From Phaeosaccion multiseriatum (Eukaryota > Protista > Ochrophyta, other classes), in assembly GCA_965112735.1 (NCBI GenBank), contig OZ218956.1, positions 1,116,001-1,180,000 of the forward strand: DNA of 64,000 bases, given 5' to 3'. Positions 10,808 to 22,068 of the stretch are shown here, piece after piece. The translations under genes were made by a program, and so were the position numbers. Position 1 is the stretch's first letter; every line of letters begins with the position of its first letter. The notes under the pieces are model-generated. The model saw only the letters and a program-made list of their open reading frames with translations, was not told the origin of the DNA and did no database searches.

Positions 10808-13800
10808 ATGGTACATGTGCCGCCGCTGCTGCTGGTGGTGGTGGTGTTGCTGGTACTCGCCTTGTGCCGGTCCTGCGCCTGCTGTTATGATCTGAAGTGC
10901 TCGAATGAGGGGAAGATCGACGAGCTGTTGGAGGGACTGCTCGAAGACGTAGATGCGAGGCAGGCCTGGGCCAGCAGCGATACGCCCAAATGGGGTTACG
11001 AGGGAGGTATGGCGTGTCTTCATGCCCACAACTGGGAGTGTGCTGTGCTCGTCTTCCAGCAGGAAGTGAAGACTTGGCTGAGTGGGTATGATCTCGGCAA
11101 GGACAGCCTCACTGGCAATTGGACTGCCTCCCAGGACGGGATCAGCAGGGGAAGCGAAGTGGAGAAGGAGATGCGGAGAGATATGCTTCGACACTTCGCT
11201 CCTCCCGCGTCCGGGGATGGTGTTGACGACGACGAGGAGGAGAAGGTGCTCGCCTTGGTGAACACCGCCATTCGCTTTTTCAACTACGGAACTGCCACAC
11301 GCTGGGCTTTGGACGGTGCTGTGGTCGCGTTTGAGCGAACGCAGTTACTGCAAGTCTCCAGGAGGGCGCTCTGGGTGTGTCTTGACCTCCTGCACGATAT
11401 AGTGTTTAGCGACGCTCCCCACCGGCGAGTGCGAGTTGTAGAGGCAAGCGCTGGACATCGTCGCCAGTCGGGGAGCGCTGGACACCAGAGTGCGGCGGTT
11501 CTGTATGCAGATTGCCTCGGAACGCTGGCAGAAACTTCTCGGTTGCTTTCCACCGAAAGGGACTCTCCTCTTGTCGCGGAGGAGGCTTTGCATCATGTCA
11601 GTCATTTGCCGTCGTCTTCCGACGCTGGCGACTTGGATGCAGCAGGAAGCAGAATCTGCTCGGCCATCGAGGCTTCACTATTTCACGCTCGGTATCAGCG
11701 TCATAACATAGCGCTGGAAAAGCTTGTGCCGTGCTGTGCCGATGAGACGGTCCTTGCTGCAGGTGATGTAGCGGAGGGTGGAGGAGGAAGGACCAATGGA
11801 GCAGTGTCCTGCTGTGGAGCATTGGAGGCTGTAAAGCAACACGCATCCTTGACCATCCACCTCTCGCACGGCGAACTCGACGCTGTTTTACCTCTTGGTG
11901 AGAAGGCGCTGCCGTATCTGGCTGGAAGGTCTGCCGAAGCTTCTGGACCCAAAACGGTTGAGGGCCCTGGCCTCGAGGCTTGCAGCCCGCGTGGAGAGGG
12001 TGAGGGAAGTGCTGTTGGCGAGGGCATAGAGACAGGACTGCTCTCAAACCAGACCACCGACGCAGACGAAACGAGAGCTAGCCTTCAGAGTACAGAAACG
12101 CCTTCTCCTCATCACAGCTCACAGACAGATACCACCATCGGCGTCTTCCTCATCCTGGGGCCGGGGATGATGGACGTGGCCACTGCGAATCCTCTACTCT
12201 GCCGCTCTCTCCTGTACCTGTGGAGATCGCCGCTGCATCGCCCGCACGTGTCGCGGTGTCGTCTGCATGTTATCAGCTGCAGGGGCGTGAGTCAACAAGT
12301 AGGCGGTGGGCCTGCCGTGGGGGGCGAAGAGAGCTTTAGGCTTGCGCTGGGAGAAGCCTTTGCAGAGCTCTGGGGAGGCTATCATGTGGTGGAGGGCGCA
12401 GCAATACCCACACAGCCATGGAGCGGCACGTATATGCGGTAAGGCTGACGGTACAATGAACGTCGAATGTAGGGAGGTCCCACACTCCTTCTGATAATAC
12501 TGCCGCCGCTGCCCGTTTCCTTTGTTTCCTTGCAGCATGATGCACACAGTGCACTGGCTTGGCTCCAGCCTCGGCTACTCGCACGTATTATGCATAGAGG
12601 ACGATGTCATCATCGCTCCTTCCGCACTCTTGCATCTTGTGAGGCAATCGGACTCAGTGGGATACGGCCGTCGCACACTCGATGTGGAGCAAGGCCGTGA
12701 CCAGCTGCAGGACAGAGGGCGCGCAGGCACAGAGCCAAGGGCCCCGCAGGCTGCTGCTGATGATGATGGTGATGATAGTGATGGGGTCGATGGCAAGTTG
12801 AACCAACAGCAGGATCGCCTGCAGCGACGTTCTTGCGACATCCTTTCCCCTGCTCTTTCGACAGGCATTCCATCGACGGAGATGTGGGCAGAGGCACACC
12901 TCTCCTCCGGGGTGAAGACCACAATCCTTGATTGCTTCGCCCGCGCTGTGGCTCCCCGCGACGGGAAGCAACCGGGAGGAGTCGAGGCGTCGGTATGGCA
13001 GCAGTTCCTTCGAGACAGCTCGTACTCCCCAAGTCAAGGCAGGTGGAATGCCTCTTCGCATAACGCCCAGGTGCGCGCCGTGATTACCCAAGTGCAGCAG
13101 GACCCTTCCTCCGACGCGGAAAGGACCCTCCGCATCCTCAGGACAAGAATTGTCCATCCAGTACGGTGGAGCAGAGAGTGTCAACTGCTGATAGCGGAAG
13201 CGGCGTTGCGCAAGCTACCGACGGAGCTTCTGAGAGAGAGAGACCACGAGGTGCGTGTCATCGCACAGGTGGTGGAGGGGGGGGGGGGGGTCGGCATGTG
13301 ACTTGGAGAGAGGTAGCCTGTGGCCTTCGCTGCAGCTCATCTCTCACCTTTCTTCGTTTTGGTTATACCACCCCCGTGCACAGGTGGTTCACGTCTTGTC
13401 CGAAGAGTTTCCTGGTATGGCCACGTCTGTGTGGATGGCCTCCGTGCCGCTCCTATACGACACTCTGGCCGCCTTCGAGTCGATGGGAGGGGGCCTCACG
13501 GGAGCGGTGCTGAACAGCGCCGGTGATGACGATGACGAAGACATCTCTGTTGTGTTCGAGGCGCTGCTGAATAGGCGTATTCTCTTCGACAAGTTGGGTG
13601 TATGCCTCGTGAGGGACGCGTTCGCTCTTCATCCCTCGTATCTGCGAATGAAAGGAAGCCGAGATTTGGACAGGCAGATGCACCAGGTTGCCAATGACGT
13701 GCTGATGGAAGGATTGGGGGGAGGAAGAACGACAAGGGGGAACAACGCCAGTGAACCCGATCCAACCAACGCTCCTGTTCTGCTTCGCCAGCACTCGAAC

Positions 13801-14628
13801 TGCAATGCCATGGAAGCTTCTGCGGCTGGTGGAGGCGCGGAGCAGGAGGGCGAGGGAGCAGTCCCTCAAACGTCCGCAGTTGTCTTTATCCACGTGGCCC
13901 TCTTGGACGGCTGGCGCGAGATTGTGCTTGAGTTTTTCAATGCCATTGTCTCGTCAGGCATGAGCCAGGCCCACTCGATTCGCCTTGCAGAGATTCGCCT
14001 CGTTGTCTCGGGCGAAGAATGCGAAAGCAAGGGTTTCTGGGATGAGATTCTCATGAGCGACAAGGACGGAAGGACCCACCCAATCTACGCCCAAGCGGAG
14101 GTCTCTGTGGAGTGCTTTCCAGATTCGCTTCGTCTCTACGAGATGACGACTCTCCAACGAGTTTGGGAGTTTGCCAACCAGCAGCAAGCCTCAGCGGGCA
14201 GTGCCAGGGACGATGATGAAGCGCTCGTTCTTTACCTCCACACCAAGGGCGTGGGAAAGCAAGGTCAAGCGAGCCCTCGTCAGTGGCGAGAGTACCTGCA
14301 GCATTTCGTGATTGAACGATTCTGCCTTTGCACCAGCCACCTGACGAGGCCCTGCCCACCGCACGAAGGCGACGATGCTTGCCCAGAAACCGCATGCCCA
14401 GTCACATGTGGGGTGGACTTGACGGACCTCAGTCCGGAGGGAGAGCAGCTGTTCACTGATCTGCATTTTTCGGGGAATTTTTGGTGGGCCAAGACCTCGT
14501 ATCTGAGCACTTTGAGGTCTCCGGTGGACACTGCGGACCTTTTCCTCGTCCCCAACAGCCTGGGCAGCTGGAGACACGGCCAGGAGTTTTGGCTTGGCTC
14601 TCAGAAGACCACCACCAACAGCAGCAGC

Positions 14629-14681
<53 letters not shown>

Positions 14682-14847
14682 CAGCAGCAGCAGTAGCAGT
14701 AGCAAAGAGACGAGCTGGCGCCGGGATATTCCCACCCAGCACGTGGAAATCTGGAACTCCCAGGTTGACGTTTTCCGGCAATATGAGGAAGACAGCCATG
14801 TACCTGCAAGATACAGGAACGACTCCATCGGCTGCGCGTGTACATAG
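10808..14847 (+). CDS. Large secreted/Golgi glycosyltransferase-like protein (3 exons) with a C-terminal 'YLHTKG...HFSGNFWW' domain
   Basis: Hydrophobic N-terminus MVHVPPLLLVVVVLLVLAL. Three ORFs join through GT-AG introns (~12439-12537 and 13269-13383). DxD-like VLCIEDDV is present. C-terminal motifs are IHVALLDGW, YEMTTLQRVWEF, VLYLHTKGV, WREYLQHF, HFSGNFWWAKTSY and EFWLG. Confidence 0.7.
14620..14703. repeat. (AGC/AGT)n coding repeat (poly-Ser)
   Basis: In-frame trinucleotide run. Confidence 0.95.
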
Positions 14848-14965
14848 CTTATGAACATAGAACACTTTCATTTTTTATTTATTTATTTATTTTTTTTAAT
14901 TAAAAATAAAGCAAATCGCCTGTCTTGGGTCGATCGTGGATGGATGCAGGTGAAACGATTCATCT

Positions 14966-17594
14966 TCAACTGCCGCTGTGGGGCTTGTGGATGGGCTTGA
15001 CCGCCACCACCACTTGATGGTACGGCTCAAACAGCTCCATCTGTACCACTTGGTAACCCCCCAAGCACTCCAAACACGCCTGCAGCAAGTCGAAATCGAA
15101 GACGTGCCAGTGCATCATATTGCTGCCTCCCTCCTCCTGCGTGGATGGCCCAAGTCGCCGTCGTCCCGCCCGAGGCAGGGGATAGCAGCGTTGGGGGGGG
15201 GGGGGAAGAGTTAAAAAGGTGAAACCGGTACGCCGTAGAGTCATGGCATCTCGACGTTCTCTACCCAGTCGACCGCCCTTACCTCCATCCGCTCTCTGAG
15301 GCGTGCTCTCCTCTGCGCCTCATCGCCCTTCAGACCACCGTCGGCCCACACGTCCCAGGACATTATAATTGATTCCAAGTCGTGCCTCAGGCGCTGCTCA
15401 GACGCCTTATAGTCCTGCAATAAGTGCTGCAGCAGTAGTGACAGACAGACACGCACAGAAAAAGAAAAAGAGAACAAGAGAGAAGGACAAGAAGCAGGTG
15501 AGGTGAGGTGAGGTGAGGCACCTCCATTATGGTAGCGGGACCAGCTGCCAAGCGACGGCCCTTCCAGCAAAAAAGCCTTTGTGACTGCGCTCACAACTTT
15601 TCTCCTCCCACCGAATCTCCACCTACGATCGTACTTGGAAGTTTGTGACGGGTCTATGGCGGTCAAAGGTGGCGTCTTTCCAAGGAAGGACGAGCACCAT
15701 GGATCCCCCCGGCTCCAGCACCCTATCCCACTCCTGCAGAGCAGAGAGAGGGTCTTCGAAGTGCTCCAACGAGTGGGAGGCGATGACGAGGGAGTACGAG
15801 TGGTCCTCCAACCCGTGGAGCCTGGCCCCATGGAGGAGGTGCCGCCGGCCGAGCAAGAGCTCCGGGGTAAAAGGGCTGCGAGGGGAATGCGGTGGGCGGC
15901 GGTAGCAGGGGGAGGGGGCGGAGATGCAGGACATGAGGTTGTTCAGGACGGGGAAGGGGTGACGGGGAGGGACTGACGAAGACTCCCCCCCTTGCACTGC
16001 GGAGGAGACCTCCCACCCATCTCTTGCTCCACACACTCTCCCTCTCTCTCTGATTCTCGCCGCTCTCGCCCCTCCGCCACGTGTGCATACAGACAACCCG
16101 CTTACGAAGGACACTGCGCCTGCGCTTGCGCACACTGTACCTGCGAAATTCGTCTGGACGGCTCTTGTCCATCCTCGCCCACACGCCGTCATGGTCATAC
16201 TCGACGACGTTGTCAGCGCTCTGGAGCATGGTGTACCAGTCCTGAGGGGACAGAAAGCATTGAAACAAACCACGTGACGTTAGGGATTGTCCTCATCTCT
16301 ATGTGACGACTTTGCAAAGGAAATCTGTTGCCTCCATCTCTTTACCTTCCCGGCCCTCTGCCTCTCTCTCCACGCCACGACTGGGCACCACCCGGACACT
16401 CACAATCCACGGAGTGGGTCCTCCGATCTCCAGCGCCCTGAGGCCCGACATCCACGCCCAGAGCCCCGACGTCGCTCTGGGTGATATGGGATACGGGGCG
16501 GATAGCCTAGGAATGTCGCGTTGCGTCACACCGCTGGCCCCCAGGTGGGCGCGGAGGCTCTTCACTCGACACGGAGAGGCGCTTCCCACGCCCTCACTCT
16601 CGCTCTCGTCGGACGCGTCGAACGATATGGAAAAGGGAACGACCCCATAGCTCTCATGGGTGGGTTGTCCTCGCTCCTCTCGGAGCTGCTGCTGTTCCTT
16701 AGTCTCTCGTCCAAGCTCTGTCAGCTGTTGGTCTCTCAGCTGGTGCCTGGCCTGCTGCAAGACACGAGTCACCGTCTCTTCAATGTCCTCCTCACTGTGT
16801 GCCTCCCGCGTGTGTCTTTTCAGAGCCTCTTGCACTCTACGACCAGGGTCTTGCATTCCATCAGGCCCGCAGGACACCTCCACTTGTACAGTCTCGTCCT
16901 CCAGCTGCACAGCCATCACCGTAGGGGCGGGGCATACCTTCGGGAAACATTTGGGCAATGTCAAAGGGCGTGTCAGGCTGTAGAATGATAGCAACAAAAC
17001 ATTTCGCAACAAGTCTTGTTGCTTGTCTGGTATAAGATTCCCGAGGGAGAGCTTCAACGCGCACCCCCCACCGTGTGGACTCACCCTTGGCGCGCTTGTT
17101 ACAGGCCCACCCCTCGCCTCGCCCGCTGCCAGCAACTCCCGTGCCAGCGCCTGCTCCTCTACCTCTCCAAGACCGTGCTTCACGGCGAATCTCCGTGCCA
17201 CTTGCTTCGGAAAGCAGGAAGCGTCCTCTGCGCCTTCCCCCCCGCAGTGGAGTTGGTGAGTCTGTCCGTCGAATCGGAAGTCAACCGTCGCTGCGCCGAC
17301 CCAAAAGTCGATCCGCAAGAAAGAGAAGGTGTTGGGAGCAAATGCAAAGAAGGGTGAGGTCTAATTCTCAGAAGGTGCATCGAGGGGTGGAGAGTGAGAG
17401 AGGAAAACGGCAGAGCTGCGCGTAGCGCAGAAGAGAAGGAGAGGACCGGTGAGGCAAAACAAAGGGACGGCTTCCTCACCTGGCTGAAACGTAGACTCCT
17501 CGGCATGGATAACAGATACGCAGAGCAGCACTGATATCATCAGCAAAAGAAAACATGGCACGAGTGGCGAGCAGGAGAGACAGGAGCGCTCCAT
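14966..17594 (-). CDS. Secreted class I SAM-dependent methyltransferase (Methyltransf_11-like), multi-exon
   Basis: Signal-like N-terminus (FLLLMISVLLCVSVIHA). Motifs ALEIGGPT, YSLVIASHSLEHFEDPLSALQEWDRVLEPGGSMVLVLP, TFDRHRPVT and HWHVFDFDLL. Confidence 0.85.
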
Positions 17595-17937
17595 CAGCCG
17601 GAAAAAATAAAAGCAACCCAGATGGAGAACCAACCCTATTGCCTGTGAGGAGGGCTTTATTGACTTAATCATCTTACTTCTTATAGATGGCACTTAAGGG
17701 CTGGAAATGAGGGCTTATGCGAGGGCTGTTTGCGTCATTCGGCGGCGATTGGCCGTTGCGGTCCAGCGGGCCCGACACGAAAGATCGACTGACATAGGAT
17801 CCTGGATGGTATCAACTTTATGCCGATAGGGAGAACTGACGCATGGGAGGGATACGACCTCGGGGGCAATGAGACATTCCTTTTAAACAATCATAGATGG
17901 TATAATAAGCTCTTCTTCCTTCTTGAAAACTTCCTCT

Positions 17938-18975
17938 TCGGCTTCAGACTGGCCTAGAAGCCTAGCTATGCTCTAGGCCGGCGGCCGTTGGCCCCTCTAG
18001 GCCGGCCATTTCTTCTCCCTAGGCCGGCGGTTCTAGGCCTAGGCCTCGACCCTGGACAAGATTATATGATTACTGATTATGACCGGCGCCAGCCGGCCTG
18101 ATTACTGATTATGCGCCAGCCGGGGGCTGATTACTGATTACGGCCGGCGCATAGCTACCGTAATCTTGTCCAGGGTCGATCAGGGAGGGAGGGAGGGAGG
18201 GAGGGAGGGAGGCAGGGAGGGAGGGAGGGAGGGAGGGAGGGAGGGGGAGGCAGGGAGGGAGGGAGGGAGGGAGGCAGGGAGGGAGGGAGGGAGAGAGGGA
18301 GGGAGGGAGGGAGGGAGGGAGGAAGGGAGGGAGGAAGGGAAGGAGGGAAGGAGGGAGGAAGGGAGGGAGGGAGGGAAGGAGGGAGGGAGGGAGGGAGAGA
18401 GAGAGGGAGGCAGGGAGAGAGGGAGGGAGGCAGGCAGGGAGGGAGGGAGGGAGGGAGGGAGGCAGGCAGGCAGGCAGGGAGGGAGGCAGGGAGGGAGGGA
18501 AGGAGGGAGGGTGGGAGGGAAGGAGGGAGGGAGGGAGGGAGGGAGGGAGGGAGGGAGGGAGGGAAGAAGGGAGGGAGGGAGGAAGGGAGGGAGGGAGGAA
18601 GGGAGGAAGGGAGGGAGGGAGGGAGGGAGTCGACCCTGGACAAGACTACCTGACTACTGATTACGGCCGGCGCAGCCGGCCTGATTACTGATTATGACCG
18701 TCGCCAGCCCGCCTGGCGCCTGATTGCTGATTATGGCGCCAGCCCGAGGAAATGGCCGGCGCCAGCCGGCCTGGTTGCTTACAGCCGGTGACCAGCCGGC
18801 CTGATTACTGATTATGCGCCAGCCGGGGGATGATTACTGATTACGGCCGGCGCACACCGTGATCTTGTCCAGCCAGTGCCAGGGGGGCCTAGGGCGGGGG
18901 GGCTGCGCCAAAAATAGGCCTAGGCCGGCCGAATTTCGTCTCTAGGCCTAGGCTTCTAGGCCAGTCTGGAGCCGA
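17938..18975 (+). mobile_element. Complete nested non-autonomous DNA transposon: 28-bp outer TIRs, 6-bp TSD, two inner TIR cassettes around (GGGA)n
   Basis: TCGGCTTCAGACTGGCCTAGAAGCCTAG (17938-17965) pairs with CTAGGCTTCTAGGCCAGTCTGGAGCCGA (18948-18975), one mismatch. TCCTCT flanks both sides (17932-17937 and 18976-18981). Inner cassettes 18046-18179 and 18630-18872 start with TCGACCCTGGACAAG. Confidence 0.88.
18182..18629. repeat. Degenerate (GGGA)n microsatellite, core of the element
   Basis: GGGA/GGAA/GGCA run. Confidence 0.97.
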
Positions 18976-19280
18976 TCCTCTCCCTCTTCCTTCACTTTTC
19001 CTTTTCACTACAGTACCTTCACGGAAACTAAACATAAAACGGGAGAGTAATAAAGCTATAGGAGCGGCATTGACCTCCTCTCACACCTCGCTAGAGGGAA
19101 AAGCTTTTTACCTCCCTCGATCTGCATGTCCACGGCTTCGCGCGGCTGGTTGCCATGCTATTCAGACGACGTGGTTGACCGGGAATGGAACACCCACCGC
19201 GGCAGCAAGTATTGCGCATGGCGTGGCTGCGATGGCCTGCGATGGCCTGCAATCGCTCCACAAGTGCTGGACCAGGGGCC

Positions 19281-21261
19281 TCAGCTGCTGGACTCGAGCT
19301 TCATGACCTCGAAGTAGTGCCTCATGTCGAGCTGCACCTCCTTGCTCTTCCTCCAGTAGACGCCCATGCCGTCTTTGGTGAGATAGAGAGTGTCTGTTAT
19401 GCCGTGTATCCTGTCGGAGAACACCGGAAACATAACCGAGGATGAGGAGGTAGGAGGAGAGAGCGAATTAGATCGCCGGCGCGAAACGAGCGCGCCTGTT
19501 CAGTGATACAGGAGAGGAGAAGTGCGCTCGTCGCTTGTGCAGCTCACCTGCGAAACTCGGTGACGGCCCTTCGTCCGTCCACTACCACGTAGTCGTCGAC
19601 GAGAACGAACCCATTGATGCTCAAGGCGTCGTACAGGTTGAAGAGGCAGTCGAAGTACGATTCGAACATGTCTCCATCCAACTGATGAGACATGGAATAA
19701 AGGAAATTGGACCGCGTCATTAAGAATCGAACACTACAGGCTTGTGAGGGGCCCTCCTATGGTCGAGGGTCATCGCTTCCCCCGAACCAGCCAGGGCCAA
19801 GACTCACTATGCTCAAACACCCGCCAAGTGGGCCTGCTTATTGGCCTGCCAGCTTCCTCAACGTGACAGTATGTACGTGTGGCTAACGACCTCGCTCCCC
19901 CATCCATTGCTCCGACGTACCCGTAAGATGGAGAACATCACTCCAGGCCAAACTTTCCGTAGCTCGGGCATGGAGTGGCGGAAGAAGCCCTTGACAAACT
20001 GTACGTTCTCCTGGGATACACCCATCCGATCGAAGGCGCCTCTGACTTGCGGCAGGCCTACCCGCAGGTAGTCCATCTCGCTCCATATGAGCAAGTCTTG
20101 CTCAGGATTGGAGGGGAAGGGTAGCCCCTCAAAGGAGTCGCACACGAACACCGTGCGCTGTGACCCTTCCCCGTACCAGTCCAGTAAGGCCTTTGCGAAC
20201 ACGCTTTGGCCTCCGCGCCACACCTTTCGGAGGAACAAACAAGAAGAACTTGAGCAAGAGGGGGGGAAGAGATGATGGCTACGCTTCGCGCCGTTTGAGG
20301 CTTCAAAGAACGAATGACGCACTTAAAATCCTTGGGGATGGGAGGACAAAGCAAAGTCAAACGCCGCACTCACCCCCGCCTCGAGGAAGTCCCCCGGTAT
20401 CCCCTCGCTGATGACGACTTCGAGCATGGTGCGCAGCAGCTGGGTGCGGTGGGTGCCCACCATGGTGTAGCCGAGCTCAGGCCAGTCAAGCCCATTGTCC
20501 CTTTTCAGAGCAGCGGAGGGGAGAGAATCGGGAGCGGCGGCGCCAGTGGCACAGGAGCAGATTTGAGAATTAACGGGGGGTAAAGGATGGGGGGAAAAGT
20601 ACGACGTACCTTTGGTGATCGTTCGACTTGCCCTGGTTGTTGTACTTATTGCGGAGAGTGTCCTCGGGATAAATCTTTCCCGTGATGGCGCCGACCGCGA
20701 GGTTCAGATAGGCGTCTGAATGGACCTTCGAAGGACCGCCCTTCTGCGCATTGGATATAGAGAGAGTCGAGGGGCAGAAAACAAATTCGGTCCAGGGAAG
20801 ATGTGGGGAAACGACAGGAAGAAAGCACAGCTGACCTTCACAGTATCGGGGCGTTGAAGCGCACCCAAGACCAAGGCCTCCTCCGGCTGCAGTGCCGGGT
20901 CGTCTGTACCGTACTTGAGCTCAACCAACTCAAAGCAATGCATCACGCAGTCACCAATATCGTCCGCCTTTATACTGGAACTGGTAAGGTAAGGAGGAGG
21001 AGAGGAAGGGATAAGCATTCGGCAGGCAACTGGGAATAGCATGCAATGGCGAAAAGCCCTTACTCACCAGACTCTGGCAAACAGATTATAAAGAGCCTCT
21101 CCTTTGCCGTCAAAAGCTATGTATCCCTCCCCGTCAGGATGGCCCTCTGTGTTGAGTGACAGAGTTATTGATTTGGAAGCATCAGCCACTTCTTCCAGAG
21201 CCTGAACTCCCAATGCTGCCAGTGACAGCACCAGAAGATTGAGGCCGAAGGCTGCAAGCAT
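19281..21261 (-). CDS. TylF/MycF/NovP-family sugar O-methyltransferase with signal peptide, multi-exon
   Basis: GLDWPELGYTMVG, IPGDFLEAG-VWRGG, VFVCDSFEGLP, FVKGFFRHSMP, LDGDMFES, GFVLVDDY and VYWRK. N-terminus MLAAFGLNLLVLSLAALGVQA. Confidence 0.92.
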
Positions 21262-22068
21262 GGTTCTCAGAAGATTCCCTCTCCTCCTTCGGCCTCTTCT
21301 GCAAAGCAAGCCTAAATCATTTTGGGTGGTTTATCGTGTTGCTGGGCTTTCTTTTAATTATTTTAAGAGGGAAGAAGCAAAGCTTAAAGCTTACCGGCCG
21401 AGGTTTTGGAGCACCAACACGCACAGATGGCACTCAACATCAGTGTTCTTTCTTTTCTCTTTTCAGTCCACTACGTCCTGACACTTAACCTAGTACTACC
21501 CATGCCTTCCCCTCGAGCGCTCTCTCGCTCAGTCAGGCTAATGCTAATAATTGTAATTGTTTATATTGTGTAAGGGGGGGTAAATGAGATTTCCAGGGGG
21601 TGCCAAAGCAGGGCAGGCAGACGCGTCTGCCTCGCCCTTACTCCCATCCACCCCGTTGGATTCCCGATAATCCCACTCGTCCCCCCGGGCCGGGCGGGTG
21701 GGGAAACTTTTGCTGTAGCTGCCGTCTCCTTCGCGCGGTGGACTTCTGGGCTGCTCCGCCCCTTCGCTGTCCTTCTCACCGCGCTGAGCTCTTCGGCACT
21801 TGCTACAACTCTTGCGACGCCGTCCTCGCGTCGCCTCCTCTTTTACAGTAGTGAATGCTAGATTCTTGCTATACCCCGGTGGGGTGGGCGTCTGACGTGT
21901 CGAACGGGCCGCTAGGCCCCTTGCGTCACGCGGCGTACCCTTGCCTTCAACCATATCTTGACTATGACGCTGTAACTGCCAGTCCTCCCCGTTTCCCGAA
22001 AATACGTTTTCGATACTATCGACTCGTAAACTCGCTCTGCTCGAAAACTACTTTTTCACTCTTTCGGC

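Noticed and set aside
18038-18045. 8-bp TSD for the inner cassette pair (CCTAGGCC vs TCTAGGCC inferred from the other copy)
   Set aside because: The flanks are made of CTAGGC repeats, so a near match is expected by chance.
200-18975. A single 18.8-kb composite transposon
   Set aside because: The outer flanks differ (TAAGAT vs TCCTCT), and the TSD belongs to the 17938-18975 copy alone.
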